A stretch of DNA of 63,693 bases, counting the filler, from Reticulomyxa filosa (lineage: Eukaryota > Protista > Foraminifera), in the NCBI GenBank assembly GCA_000512085.1. It is 23 parts of 23 records of this genome, joined end to end, with 100 filler letters (N's around TTAATTAATTAA, not from the genome) between each part and the next. Parts side by side here need not be neighbours in the genome. Positions count along the whole stretch, not along the records: positions 37,363 to 39,985 come from ASPP01026216.1; positions 40,086 to 48,714 come from ASPP01022895.1; positions 48,815 to 49,981 come from ASPP01021559.1; positions 50,082 to 51,193 come from ASPP01040233.1; positions 51,294 to 53,066 come from ASPP01019869.1; positions 53,167 to 55,080 come from ASPP01007576.1; 17 more parts are not named here. The stretch is one strand, 5' to 3'. Below are positions 38,346 through 53,202 of this stretch, piece after piece. The stretch's first letter is position 1, and the number at the start of each line of letters is the position of its first letter. The notes below the pieces were generated by a model that saw only the letters and a list, made by a program, of their open reading frames with translations, did no database searches and was not told the origin of the DNA. A program made the position numbers and the translations under genes.

Positions 38346-40085
38346 CCAAGTAAAAACTTTCTTTCAACTAGGCAAACAACGCAAGTACAGATACAAATCA
38401 ATTCAAACTTGGTGATAATCTTGCAATTTCTTGTTTGATTAAAAACTTTCAGATGAAATTGGATTTGTTATTTTCGATGGTATAGTCAGCAGACTTTTTA
38501 GAACAAGGTTAAAACAAGCTCAAACAGAAAAAAGAAATTGTAACGTTGGTTTTGAATATTTTATTGATTGGCCAAGAAAAAATTGTTCAAATAATTTCAC
38601 CTGTTCCAAATTTGGGACATTTATGTTTCTCTATTGGATTAAAAAATAAAAATTTTTCTTAGAGAAATGTTATGTGACATAGAGGAATTCTTGTTACAAT
38701 ATGATAAAAACAAAATTTTACAACATTTTTTGCTTTGTGACAAACTCACAATTTAATTCAACGCATTTAATGCATTGAGTAACATAATTTATTAAAAATC
38801 AAAAATAAACGATCTTGAAAATATCTTGTGCATAAATCTGAATATAATGTAAAATTAGTATTGATGTCGGAGAGTGATTTTACACTAATCTGAAGACAGC
38901 GTGTGAAAATTGAGATAATATAATATGTTTTTTATCTAGTTAATCAATTAAATATAATAATATATAATTAATTTGATTAAATATTTTGAATAAATTTACT
39001 AAATTGCACAAATGACTCGTATTGATTTTTTTTGAAACAATAAAAAAAGAATATAATTTATTTTCATGTCAATGAATTATCATTGATTACATTTTGTGCA
39101 AATAGTTTTTGTAGTGAAGCTTGACAGTTTTGAAAAAGTTTTTGCATGAAAATGAGTATCATAAGCCTATAGACCAAATAACACGCTAAATTTTTTAAAC
39201 CTGTGAAAGGTAGAAAAAAAATTAATCCACATATGAACAAGCAAAAAAAATGTAATACCCACAGCAAAAATTTCCAAGAAGGAAAAAAAAGAAAAAAATG
39301 TAAAAATAATTTGAATTAAAAAACGAAGGGAAAGATCTCTTGTTTTTTTTTAAGGGGGAGAATATAAAAAGATCTACCTACAATGACATAAAGCAATCGT
39401 TGTTTTTTCCCCTCTTCCTTGAGTAGAGAAGGAGGAGAAAGAAGATAAAAAAAACAAAAGATAAAGGATAAAAAAAACAAAAAGCTAACGAAAACATAAG
39501 AAAATGATTGATCAATGCATTTCTTATGTTGTTGTTTTTGTTTTTATTCCAATATTGACAGCAGGCCTGATTATTGTTGGGCATGCCTGGCATGTTGAAA
39601 GACAGAATTTGTTATTTGATTCGAAGCAGCAATGGTCGAAGGGATAGTCGCCGAATGCACAGGTGCGAGTGTTTGCATATGACCAGGGTTGGAATTTACC
39701 AGGTTATTGAAAGGATGCAATGTAGTTTGAGAGGAACCAGAGATTTGTTGAAGAAATTGCTCAATGAACTCACGAGACGGTGTTCCATTCGTTGAAGTTA
39801 TTGGAGCCCCTAAAATAAGGTTATTCAACTGTGGGATATTATTTTGAAACATTTGTCTACTATTGTTGTCGGTTGAAATTGCAGAACTAATTTGAGGTAT
39901 ATTAAACGAAAGCAGATTGGAAAGCCGATAGTCTTTTGTGTCAGAATCATACACAAATACTTTGTTTAAAATGAGAAGAGAGAGANNNNNNNNNNNNNNN
40001 NNNNNNNNNNNNNNNNNNNNNNNNNNNNNTTAATTAATTAANNNNNNNNNNNNNNNNNNNNNNNNNNNNNNNNNNNNNNNNNNNN

Positions 40086-40112
<27 letters not shown>

Positions 40113-40119
<7 letters not shown>

Positions 40120-43100
40120 GGAAGCATTTTGACATAAACACGGAGACATCATTGGAACATTTGCAATCGATAATGTATGTAATAAATGAGAAATTTCGAC
40201 AAAAGGTGGCGGTGTGGGATGGATTAATACGAGTGGATAAAAAGGGGTTGGATAAAAAGAAATTGGAAACATTATTTGAGCGCATTTTCGAAATAAAGTT
40301 GTTGTATCGGGATGAAAAAAAGGAAAATCAAAAACCTTCCACAATGAAAAGACGATGGTCAATGGATGAAATAGAAAATTATATACTGTTTTTAGTGAAC
40401 AGCTATCATGAGACGGAAAATGATGATGTCCGACAAATGATGACGTCGATAATGAGTTTGGGATTATGGGAAAATATTTTGCCATGTCAATTGAATAGAA
40501 TCTTTCAAATGGTCCCCGATTTGGAAAAAAGATGGAATAAATATCAATTGCATCGAAACGCGTTTCCAAGTTATCGTCGTCAACTTGTGCCTTGTCTTTT
40601 GCAAGAATTCTTTCGAGTGTTGGATGGAATTGATGATGAAGTAGCCTTGCTTAATTCCACAACAACAACAACAACAATGGTAGAGATGACAAGTAAAAGG
40701 AAAATTAAAAGTCGAAATAAAAGACAAAAATATCTTTGTCGATTTATGGAATTAATGATTGACACGTTGACAATGCTATTAACTCGTAGACATTTGAGAC
40801 CTTTTTTAACTCGATATCACTTTATAATGCGATGCAAAATGTCACAATTTGCCATATGGTCCAAAGAACAAACATTGGCCAAAGATCGACTGTTTAGTCA
40901 ATTATTGGAACAATTGGAGTTTTATATGTCATTTCCAATCGATGATTTCACCGGACGAAGTCTGACCGAACATGATGTTTCAATTGATCATTATGCTAAT
41001 TTACTTGCTTTGCAAAAGTGTGTGTACAAATTTTATTATCCCAAATTAAAACCCTTGACTATGACAAGTATTGGCTCTTTGGATAATCGTAAAAAGTTGA
41101 TTCAATTTTTTGAAAAATTAGAACCTGATGAATTGCGTGATTTAATGATCAAATTAAATATCTTGTTTCCTGATGACAATGACAATGTTTGTTTCCAATC
41201 CCTATTTCGTAAATACACACCCAAATCTGTGTATTTGGAATTCTTATTTGCACACTTCATTTCAAAAGAATCCCTTCGAACCAAAGCAAATAACTTGCCT
41301 TTATATCCAACGGAAAAGATTTTGTGGGATAGAAATATTGTTCCAATGAATGATGATAATGATGATGATATTGATACTGACAATAATGCTGTCTTGTCTT
41401 TACCAAAATTAAATTTGCAATTTTTGACATTATACGATTATTTGCTACGCAATTTTGAATTATTTCGATTGGAATCTGCCCATAGCATTCGTGAAGATAT
41501 TGCAAAATGTGTGTGGAAGATTCGACCGCGATTGAAGAGAGATCCAAATAGTGGCAGTAATATTCGGAAAACACATTTTACGGGATATTCTCGAATGGGT
41601 ATTCCTGTCAAAGAATTTGCGATCACAAGTGTGTCAAAACCGAAATTGGGAGAAACAAAGCCTGCAAAAGTAAGTGCAGAAATTGAAGTGGATTTGGGAC
41701 CCTTTGTTGGTGATACTCGATTGGAATGGGAAGCATTGAAAGAACATGATATTTTATTCTTGATTCGAGTGCAAGCAACCCGAGATGTTGAATTGGAGGA
41801 TGATTTTGAACATAGCATTCAAAAATGGGGAGTAGGGCACAAAACATGGGAGTCTTTCACAGACAAGGAATTAGGAATTGAAGCAGTAAGAGGATGTGAA
41901 ATTGTAGCAGTCAAAGATGAACATGGAACAATTATTGGAGAGAGAGATTGGGAAACTAATCAAGTCAATGTTGGACAAGGTTCCAAGCGTATTTTTCATG
42001 TGTTATTAGATAGTGCACAATATCAACAAGATATGATGGAGATGGCATCATCTTCTTCGGCATCTACATCAACAGTTGATATTTATCAATCATTCAATCT
42101 TTTAATGCGAAGAGAATCGAAAGAAAATAATTTTAAAGCTGTATTAGAAACCATTCGTTCGTTAATGAATGATAATGAAATGGCATTACCTAAATGGTTT
42201 TCCAATGTGTTTTTAGGCTATGGAAATCCAAATTCTGCTTCTTTTTATCACATAAAACAGGAAGATTATAATAATGGAAAAGGAAAACAATGCTATGGAA
42301 TGGATTTTAAAGATACATTTTTAGATATGAAACATTTGATACACAGTTTTCCTGGAAAACATATTTATATTGTGGATGGTCAATTAAATATAAAAGAAGA
42401 ATTAACGCCACAAACTGAACATAATTATCCTCCTCCTTATCGCCTTTGGTTTGATCCTAATGACTCACGTCCAGAAGAAGAACTATTATTGAAAGGATCA
42501 TTTGAATATATTTCACCTATTGATAGTCAAAGAATATTGGTTGAACCTTATGTAATTGTGGATTCACAAAAACAAAATCAAACAAATGTTAAAAAAAATA
42601 CAATTAGATTTACACCAGTTCAAATTGAAACAATTAAATCAGGAATGCATGATGGATTAACAATGGTGGTAGGTCCTCCAGGAACAGGTAAAACAGATGT
42701 TGCAGTACAGATTATTAACAATATTTATCATAATTATCCTCAGCAAAGAACATTATTAATTACACATTCAAATCAAGCATTGAATGATTTATTTGAAAAA
42801 ATTATGAAACAAGATATTGATGAAAGACATTTATTACGCTTAGGTTATGGTGCAAAAGAATTAGATACAGAATCAAATTATTCTCAAATTGGACGTGTAA
42901 ATTATATGTTACAAGTACGATTAAATCAATTAAAAGAAGCACAAGATTTAGCACTGTCTATTGGTGAACGTATAGATCGATGTGTAACTTGTGAAACTAG
43001 TGGTCATTTTTATAATTTAGATATTTTATCAAAATGGGAAGAATTTGAATATAGATTAGAAGAAATAGAGGAAATTTATTCGGATAAATTAAATCATCCT

Positions 43101-44945
43101 GATTCAAAATTAAATTATTTGTCTTCATTATTTCCAGATGGAATAAACGTTTGTGATTTAATATATAATTTATTTCCATTTCGTGATTTTATTCAATTAA
43201 AAAATGGAGAAGCACCATTTTATAGACAAAGTTATTCTGAAGATAAGGTGATGGCATATAAATATTGGAAAGTAGTCCAATCATTATTTCAAGATTTACG
43301 TGAATGCCATCCATTTGAATTATTACGTACACATAAAGATCGTTCTCAATATTTATTAACTCGTCAATCAAAAATTGTTGCAATGACTTGTACTCATGCG
43401 GCAATTAAAAGGAATGATTTTTTACAAATTAAATTTCAATATGATAATATTGTAATGGAAGAATCTGCACAAATTTTAGATATAGAAACATTTATTCCTA
43501 TGGTTTTACAACAATGTGATCGTGAAACTGGTTGTCGGTTAAAACGTATTATATTAATTGGAGATCATCAACAATTACCACCTATTGTAAAAAATGCAGC
43601 ATTTCAAAATTATTCAAAATTAGATCAATCATTATTTGCTAGATTTGTTCGATTAGGGGTATCTACTTATACATTAAATATGCAAGGACGATGTCGCCCT
43701 TCTATTGCTTCTTTATTTTCATGGAAATATCCTCATTTAGGACATTTAACTAATGTTACTACTGATTCTATTTATTTACGTGCAAATAGTGGATTTTTAT
43801 TTGATTATCAAATTATTCATGTAGATGATTATCATGGTCGTGGTGAAACTCAACCTACTCCATATTTTTATCAAAATTTAGGAGAAGCTGAATACATTGC
43901 TCATGTTTATATGTATATGCGATTATTAGGTTATCCTTCTCATCAAATTAGTGTCTTAACTACTTATAATGGTCAAAAACATTTATTACGTGATGTGTTT
44001 AATCGTCGTTGCAGAGATGATCCTTTATTTGGTCTTCCACATTCCATTACTACTGTTGATCAATATCAAGGACAACAAAATCACTTTGTTTTACTATCTT
44101 TGGTTAGAACTAAAAATGTTGGTCATATTCGTGATATTCGAAGACTTGTTGTGGCTTTATCTCGTGCCAAATTTGGATTGTATATTTTTGCACGTATCAA
44201 TATTTTCTTGCAATGTTTTGAATTGAAAAATGTTTTCGATTTATTAATGAAAAGACCACAAAGATTGCATTTAGTCACCAATGAGCCATATCCAACACAG
44301 AGACAAGTTTTGCTTATATAATACTTTATTGAACAGTATATATTTTTGTGTCATTATAAACATAAAACAATATACTAGCTTACTGATGTTGTCACACCTG
44401 CTGATGAACAAACCGGATCTGGAAATTTTGTTCAATCCTTCTCTGTCCTTAATTTAAATCACATGTGTCAAATTGTCAATTTTATGTCTAATTCGGTCCG
44501 AATGAGATACAAACAAGAATATGATGCTCAATTACAATATTATCACTCTCGAGCACAACAAGCCTTGGAAGAGAAAAGAAAGAGGGATGCTGAAGAAGCA
44601 GAAAATTTGCGAATTCAACAAGAAAAAGAAAAAGAAGAAAAAGAAAAAGAAGAAAAAGAAAGAGAAGAAAAAAAAAAAGAAGAAAAACAAAAACAAAAAC
44701 AAGCGAATATTGATAACATGGATAATAATACTTCTTCTGATGAATCTGACCAGGATAACACAGCCACAAAAGACCAAGACATCAACTCACAACCATCAAT
44801 GCCTTCAGAGGCTACCGCCTTTGCTGCACAAACTTTGGGTACGATTGGCGAACAAGAATTCCCAACGGTTCAACAAGAAAATTTTGATCCATACATGGCA
44901 GAAAATGAAGATTATTCCAGCGAAGAATCTAGTGAGAGTGATTGA
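40113..44945 (+). CDS. AQR: Intron-binding spliceosomal RNA helicase Aquarius, 5' partial; intron 44307-44378
   Basis: INEKFR, LPLYPTE, LSLPKLNLQFLTLYDYLLRNF, KENNFKAVLETIR, NTIRFTPVQ, GLTMVVGPPGTGKTDVAVQ, VAMTCTHAA, MEESAQILDIETFIP, IGDHQQLPP, QNLGEAEY, TVDQYQGQQN, DIRRLVVALSRA. Confidence 0.97.
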
Positions 44946-45293
44946 TTTAAAGACACTCCTTTTTTCCCACTTATGCGACAAAGTGGAAAAAAAAGACAAG
45001 AAATTTAGAATAATCAAGTTAATGAGAAATTGATTAAAAAAAACATTCTTCAATCAAATTTTGTCGAACATTTGACAGAAATATTTTTCGTCATAATTTA
45101 TAACAACAAGGCACATCGCAAAATATTTTTCATCGACGAACAGCATCTTTTTTTGCTTAAAAAATCCATTTTCGTGCAATCTTTTTGAAAATGCTACGAA
45201 ATCGAAAGCAAAATGATTGCTGTCGAATTATTTATCAATACAGAAGCGACTGATCAAAAAAGTACATGATTCTTTTTGACGATGTGAGCCACT

Positions 45294-47023
45294 TTACTTT
45301 TTGAACATTTTGACAACAACACCCTTGTGATCCGATGGAAAAATAACCAGGTCATCAGCATCTGTCCCAATAGGTTGATGTCCAATAACCCAAGCGTCAC
45401 AAACATCCCAAATGTTCTCAGGGCTCCGAAACAAAAGCCGATCTGCTCGAGTTGGATCAATAATCCGAAAATCTTTAAAATTCGTGAATGTCTCGCAAAC
45501 GTCCAATCGTGTGTTGATTCTTTCATACTTTCGCAACAACCCATCAATAAAATGAGGGTAGGAGAGATTGGAAAGCGCGAGTTGAGCAAAATAGCGTTGA
45601 AACACTTGAAAGCAAGGGTTATATTTTTTTTGCGACAAAAAAAATTTAAGCTCAAGTTTGTGAGCAGGGGTAAAAGTTAACAGCTCCAAAGGAAATTCAA
45701 AGTCAAAATAAGTATTGAAATCTCCTAAAATAATCTGAACAAAATTCGAGGCATGATTTGCAGAGTATTGATCATTACTCCAATTCCAAATGTCAATAGC
45801 ATCCATGCAATGACCCAAGGCATCTAATCCCAAATGTACATTCCAAACATTGACAAGCAAATCAATCGTTTTGAAGTAAAGGGTGGTAATCATGATAATT
45901 CTTTCTTTGTTTCCACTTTGTAAATTTTTTTGCGAATGTTTGACAATCTCAACATCAAACTTGGTTAAAATGCCCAAATATTCCACTTCGTTTGTTTCCT
46001 TAAATTTCAACGGCGACAACACATAGTGCCAAGGTTTTGAATTTCCATCTTTTTTGTTCAAATGCTCCACTATCATATCCATTTGCAGTTTATTATTTCT
46101 ATTGTTCCCAATATGGCGAATCTCTTGAAAGGCTATGATATCCATGTCATATTCTTCAATCACTTGGCCAATCGCCTTCATTCTTTGTTCCACTGGCTCT
46201 TGAATTTGCCATAAATTGTATGTGCCTATCAATGTCTCCCACCCAAGTGTTATCCCCCATTCCACCGTTGTCATCAGGTTGTCATAGCAATATACTTTAT
46301 GCTTCGTTTGTCGATAAACATACATATAATATGACAAAATATGTGAATTTGATCCAATTCTTTTGTAACATGAACTCCCTTCTCCTCTTGTTTTTTTCCC
46401 TCTCTTGTCTGTGACACCACAAACCAATGATAAATGTGTCCTTGTTGTTACTGCAAGAACGAGGATTTGGCTCTGAGCTTTGCAAATCTATGCATGATTT
46501 ATATGGCTTTGGCTGAGGCAAGTAGCTTGCCGTTCGTTGGCGGTTAGCCGAATGCGATCGTTTGAATGTTTCCATCGAGTCCAGTTTAATTTGATTTACT
46601 AGCTCCTTTATGCTCGCCGATGTCACGCGTAATTTGTTTGTCAAATATTCTTTTGTTTGTTTGTTAAATTTGTTATGCTTGTTTCATGTGACCATTCAAA
46701 ATATTTTCATATATATGAATATATATATATGTATATGGGCATATATTTTTTTAGTCTCCAAAAGAAACAACAACCCCTTTTCTCTATTCACCAACTGCGG
46801 CTTCATACTCTTCAACAGAGATTTTTTTTGTTTTGTCTTGAGCATCAACTGTGGCGCGAGACGAAGAAACCATGCTAGCTGAAGACAAAGTTGGGCAAAG
46901 ATGTTGATTGTAGGTGACATAGTGCTCCAATACCAACACCTCCATTATGCCAAAAACACATAGCAACAAAAATAAAGACAACAATGAAGGAGGCTGGAAT
47001 AAGGGCTTCAATAATCCTTTCAT
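45294..47023 (-). CDS. Endonuclease/exonuclease/phosphatase (EEP) family protein with N-terminal signal anchor
   Basis: GTYNL, DIIAFQE, NVHL, IILGDFN, RAD, PSDH. Upstream exons 47023-~46790 and ~46650-46430 are inferred and need one frame correction. Confidence 0.8.
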
Positions 47024-47280
47024 GTTTTGAGATGATGAAAGGATATACCCATGAAGTTTTTTTCAATAATAGTTGTTAAGAAAAACTACATTTCAGAACA
47101 AAAAATCTTGAAAAATCTCTCAGTTTCTTGTTTTGGCAAAATTTGTGGTTGGATACTCGACAGCGAAAGGTGAAGAAAAAAATGAACTTGTTTTTTTTGT
47201 AAAGTTGATTATGAAATAATTTAATATAATCATTTTTGGTGGTGTATCCGAAATTTGTGTGTGCAATTTTTTTGATATTA

Positions 47281-47889
47281 CTATTCTTGTTTTGTTTTTT
47301 GGGGAGGTGGTCCTTTTTTCTTTAAATGCTCTCGCTCTTTTTGGACTATGCCTTGTCTTACCGGATTGACTTGAGAAACCGGACGATGAGCATAAGGCCT
47401 TGGCCATGTTGGATCTCCAATTTTGGGTAATTTGCTTGCTAAACGCTTCTTTCCAGCTTGAATTTGAGTTTTCAATTTCCAATAGTCTTTTTTCTTACGA
47501 CGATAAGGAAATAATGTTTGTTGTTCGTATTCTGTTATTGCTTGCATGTTACTTTTTCGGTTCTTCGTTCTTGAATACAACACACGATCGTCGTTATCAT
47601 CATAAAATGATTCAAGTATTGGACCCTTTCATTTTGTGTGTCGATTTTTAAAATGCTAAGTTAAAAATTTTGTTTTCCTTTCAATTTTCCTCCTAAAAAG
47701 ATTAACTTTTAGTCTTTCTTGCAAGAGCTTTCGGCCAGCTTTCTTGCTTGGGACGAATCCTAAGTATTCATTCGTATTGAATAATTGTGCTCGAAGATGA
47801 CTTGCAAGTCTCTGACGATGCCAGTAAGTGTATTTTAAATTTTTCAAATAGGCTACTTTCAATGCTGCGACAGAGGAAAATTGCGACAT
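47281..47889 (-). CDS. Mitochondrial small-subunit ribosomal protein mS33/Rsm27-like; intron 47626-47706
   Basis: Spliced LRAQLFN...KAGRKLLQERLK|GPILESFY resembles the mS33 motif (IF...G.K.L..RL.GP....YY); basic C-terminal extension. Confidence 0.65.
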
Positions 47890-50081
47890 TGCCTTTCCCA
47901 CTGATTAAAAAACCCTTCTTCGATTTTCGACATACTCGTGTTTAACTTTTTTATATCTTTCACTTCCGATGAGAAAACTCTTGAGTGTGTTCGTTGGTCT
48001 TTCTGCATTACATAAAGCAACTTATTTTATCTTACATTTGGCGATACAACAATTCAAGGCTAATGAAAGGAGTTTCCTCAAGGGAGGATAATGTGATAAA
48101 TGCTGCAATTTAAGATTATAATTTTCTATTTTTCATTGGATTATCTTACTAAAATATTCAACCTATCATATTTTTAATTTAGAAGAATGCAAAGTTAAAG
48201 GGAAATTAGAAAACAAACTAGCTAAATGGTGATAAAAAATGAAATCAAAACTGAGCTCGAAAGAAAACGTTGAGAACGTGGAGAATAAAAACAAATTAAT
48301 TGCATATTAATCTAATGCCATCTGTCAATCAAGTTTGTTGAAGATTCTCAATTTCTTTTTTTAAAACACATTACAAATGCTGGGCATTGTATTTAAACTT
48401 CAAATATGTTGGATTGTCATAGCAAAAAAGTTGATTCTGATGTCCCAAACCAAGTCCAGAGGTCGAGAATAAATGTTTAAAAGAAAGACAAAAACAAAAA
48501 AAACCATCGACTTTGAGCGAATAATGTTGCAGCACACACAACATTTGCAAGCCACGTTTTGGGGTTTTTGATTTGAGTGGAGAAAAAAAACCTGATATTG
48601 GGCACAGCCAAATAAAATCTCCCCCTTTCCACTCAAAATTAGAAATTTGGTTATTTGCTTTATTATTTTTGTTTTTTTTTTTTTTTTTTTTTGTTTAATT
48701 TATTTATTAATTTANNNNNNNNNNNNNNNNNNNNNNNNNNNNNNNNNNNNNNNNNNNNTTAATTAATTAANNNNNNNNNNNNNNNNNNNNNNNNNNNNNN
48801 NNNNNNNNNNNNNNAATAAAGGATTGTTGGCCGCATTTTTTTACAAACAAATCTGTTGCACATTAACAACACTACTTAGGGCAAAATTGTAATATTTTTC
48901 ACTGTGGATGACAAAAATTAGTTTGTGAATTTCGGCAAAGTAGAATGATTGATTATGTTTTCTATTGTTTATTTTAAAATAGTTTTTATAAGAACAATTT
49001 TTTAGTATTTTAGTAGTTAAGTGTGACTGTAACTATTTAATCGTGTAAAACGTACTTTTGAAGGGAGTATGATGTATTTTTTTTAAAAAAAAGAATCTTT
49101 AACTTTGGAATTTGATTGTATGTCCAGCGTTGGTAACACTTATATGCGGACTAATCTTGGTTTTATCCCACCTCCACCCACCGACACGACCGGGAATAAG
49201 TCGCCTGGTCCGAGTAAGCTTCAAACAAGTAGTTCGACCAACAACTTGGGCTCTACACATTACACATCTCCTCACGTTCAAAGTTCTTCATTACAGCAGA
49301 GAACCTTTTCTCCTCAATCAGTAATCTGTCTTTTTTTTGTGTCCCTCTTGTTTTCATAAAGTAATTCCATATGACCTTGGGAATTATCTTGTGACTTGTA
49401 CAAAGGCAACTATACTCATAGACCACGTTATAAGAACAAACAATATTTTATCCAAAAAAAATTTTAAAAAATAAAAATAGAATATGGTTATTTTACCTCC
49501 TCCGCCATTGCCACTCCTTGAATTACCGAGCACCAAATCAGGGACCAATTCAGTATCCCCGCGCAATATCCCTTCCAACTCGACGACGAATGTTTTCAAA
49601 CACTTGCCCACAGTCAATTATTCGCAATCACTGCCACATTCGACTTCAATGTTGAATATGAATAAAATGAACGGCCTTCGTGACCATAACAACAATTCCA
49701 CGACCACGAATACGACGACCTCGACAACAGCACAGCAATATCATCACTATGGTTACAATCAAATCTATAATAACAATTTTTACACTAAAGTTTTGAACCA
49801 TTTTTTTTTTTTTTTGGTGTACTTGTCTGTTTGGACATTATTACCAATTGCAACACAAACTCGAGAAAAAGTATTTTTTTTTTTTGTGTTTAAGGACGAA
49901 AATGAGGGGAGGGGGAAAGTGATCATTTTGAAAAGGGGGACAATTAGATAAAATGTGAAATGTACTATGATGAGGGAGTGANNNNNNNNNNNNNNNNNNN
50001 NNNNNNNNNNNNNNNNNNNNNNNNNTTAATTAATTAANNNNNNNNNNNNNNNNNNNNNNNNNNNNNNNNNNNNNNNNNNNN

Positions 50082-50262
50082 TTAATATTCTGTTATTTTC
50101 ATAATTTATCTCTTCATTTTCTATTGCAACATTACTTCCTTGAATAAACATTTCAAACGCTAAATCTTGACAATAATAATCATTGACTTTAGTAAAGTTG
50201 GATTTGTTTTTGAACGGAAAATCTCCTATTTCTGCATAAGAAAAAGGGAAATACTTTTCCAT
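50082..50262 (-). pseudogene. Fragment resembling the helical region downstream of NACHT domains
   Basis: YCQDLAFEMFIQG motif; recalled similarity only, truncated by the contig edge. Confidence 0.3.
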
Positions 50263-51387
50263 TTAATTATCCGTTCATTAAAAACAAAGCTAATTTCATT
50301 TATATTACGTATTCTAAGACTTTTTTTAACTTGTTAGTATATCTCCGTGTTTGAAAAACAAACCAAAAAAGAAAAGCAAGCGAATGAAAAAATTCAAAAA
50401 CGTAGAAGTTCATAAAAAATCACGAACAAAATTTATCCTTACAAAAAAATCGTTGATAGATTTTCTCACTCCCCACAAAAAAACTACAAGTTTTATAAGA
50501 TAACTTTGTATCCGTTTTGATGCAATGTCCTCTTTTTCATGTCTTGAAACGTGTCACATTTTGTGTTTGAAAGGACTTCACAGCTTGTATTACCTTTGAA
50601 AGGACTCAATAAATCAGTTGATAATCTCTAACATGTACAACACGGCGACTGCTCTATATTAGTATATATGGAAAAGAAGGGTTGGGAAAAGCGTATAAAT
50701 GATAGTGATATTGAAATGAAAGGAGGAAATATTAAATGACTCAAGACTATTCTTTTTTTTTAACATAAACATGAATATTTTGTAAGCTTAGCTTTTGTTG
50801 TGTGCTAAATAAAGAGCAAATCAGTTTATTTGTATTTTCCCGAACATGAAAAATCGCACATTATAATAATAAAGCTAATATTTTATTATTTAACTATCTT
50901 TCGAATTTAATAGCTGGACTTTGGTATTAATTTTTTTTTATTTTTTTGCATAAATGAGCCACATTTAACACTTTAAGGATAGAGTTACATAATGGATATT
51001 TTTAATACATAAAAGGACAAAATAATTACACAGCAGAAAGTTTTATTAATTTTTTTTTACAATGTGACTAGTTAAATTTTTCATTCAATTATTGCAATTT
51101 TTTGATTTTATTAACAAAAAAAATATTCATGTAAAACTCCTTTTTTTTTAGTTTTTGTTTTCTCAAAGAGGCCATCAAGTTCACCTTTTTTTANNNNNNN
51201 NNNNNNNNNNNNNNNNNNNNNNNNNNNNNNNNNNNNNTTAATTAATTAANNNNNNNNNNNNNNNNNNNNNNNNNNNNNNNNNNNNNNNNNNNNAAAAAAA
51301 AAAACAAAATATTGAATTTTATTTTGTTCATTTGTCATCATATCCCTTATATCTCAATAGCAGTTTTATAAACAATAACAAACCTAC

Positions 51388-53066
51388 ATGTACAGTATGT
51401 ACTGCACTGTCGGTCATTCCGGTATTTTTCCATTTAACTCAATGATATACGTACTATCCTTCCGTATCTTTTCCAATGTATTGCTTTGTCGTCTATTTTT
51501 CCAAATTTCAAAGTTCAGCATTGCAAATCGTTTAAAAAATGGTCAGATTAACTCTTTTTTTCCCGTTTCAATTTGCGCCCGTTGTTCAATATTGTATTTT
51601 CTTCCCTTTCGTTGTCGCTGTCATCTAGTTTCCACTTCCAAAATTGATCGAGTCGCTACAATTGATCTTCGTTTAGCAAACGTATCTATGCGACTGGGAC
51701 ACTACATTTTACATTCGAACCAAAGCCTCTCCCAATTGATATGCGTCTTTTGACTCCAAATACATGTTGCACACAATAAAAACAGAAAAAGAGCACCTGA
51801 AAGTAGTGGTATTTGTTGTACATACCATCATGAGCACCAGGAATCCATTCGTCTATGAAGAAAACACAACATAACATTACATATTTAAAAAAAGTATTTC
51901 TAAAAGAACAAATCTAATTCAATGCAAATAACTTCACTCTCAACAAAAGGAGGATAACCAATGTACTTGATAGTACTTGTCGCTCATCCACTGACGAAAA
52001 CTATGCAACTTTGGGTTTTAAGGTTTCAACTGGAAGATTGCATCTGAAGTTTCCGGGTTTAATGGTTTCACCAAAGGGATCACTGCTTGAGCATCTCGCG
52101 TGAAATGGCCACGACATACATTGGCCTCAAAATGTTTCTTTCCTCACAATGTGTCATTGTGCCGTAAGGGCTCCATGTGTCCAACTCCAACTCGGGATAT
52201 TTACTTTCACCAAATCGGTTTCTCCAATGTACTTCGATACTGTCTACTTTTCCTCGAGACAGCTTCACGGTAGTCTCCGATCTTGAATTGCGTTTTCGGC
52301 TATAACGCTTGCGGAGGTGTTGTTGTCTCGTCTTCGCCATCAAAATTGTTATCGTTGTTGCTGCTTTCTAACATCAAAAACAAAATCCAACAATAATCAA
52401 GGACTTTTTTTCCAAAAGCAAATAAATAAATTTTACCACTGGTCCTAGATTCTCTACAACGAAATTGTATTCGGGAGCGTACTAGAGTGGATAAGATGAA
52501 ATTGAGACAAAAATAAATAAACAAATAAATCTTGAAATATATCTTTCCTCGCATAGTTCCGTCAGTTGTGTTAGGATGTCGATTATCCAACTCAATTCCA
52601 ATAATTTTTTCATTGGAAAACCACATTGCAGATAGCGCACGACACTGCCTTTCTTCCACTCGATCGCCGACAGCCACGTCAATGAAATTCACCACTATAC
52701 TTTTTACGCGTTCATGCCCGGCTTTGTCGTCTTCATTTCTGCTTCTTCCTCGCGTTCTTGTCCTTCGGACGATTGCTTCTGTTCACTAACCAAGTGTCTT
52801 CCTCGTATTTTTTTTCACGAGTATTCACTGTTTTCGGTACACTGTATTGAAACACGCACAAATATGATAACACAAGATAAGTAGATTCTTTTTTTACTGT
52901 TATTGTGAACTTGGAGTATTTCTTCCACCATAACAATCGGTCCATCAATTATCGGGTTCGAGTCCCGTTTCTCGCCTCCACTAAAGTCAGTCTACCAACC
53001 CATTTCACAACACCTTTACGAACACGGTCGCCAACTTTGACTCTTTTTGCTTCTTGTGTTGGTCCT
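51388..53066 (-). pseudogene. Multi-CAP-Gly domain gene, disrupted
   Basis: VKVGDRVR.GVVKWVG, IGIELD...TTDGTMRG, EWIPGAHDGMYNKYHYF; several stops and frameshifts. Confidence 0.6.
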
Positions 53067-53166
53067 NNNNNNNNNNNNNNNNNNNNNNNNNNNNNNNNNN
53101 NNNNNNNNNNTTAATTAATTAANNNNNNNNNNNNNNNNNNNNNNNNNNNNNNNNNNNNNNNNNNNN

Positions 53167-53202
53167 GCATTTTCGGTGTTCAGTTTTTTTTGCAACCTAC
53201 TG
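53167..53202 (-). mobile_element. MITE/Tc1 terminal inverted repeat at contig start
   Basis: Reverse complement CAGTAGGTTGCAAAAAAAACTGAACACC; flanked by TA. Confidence 0.75.
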
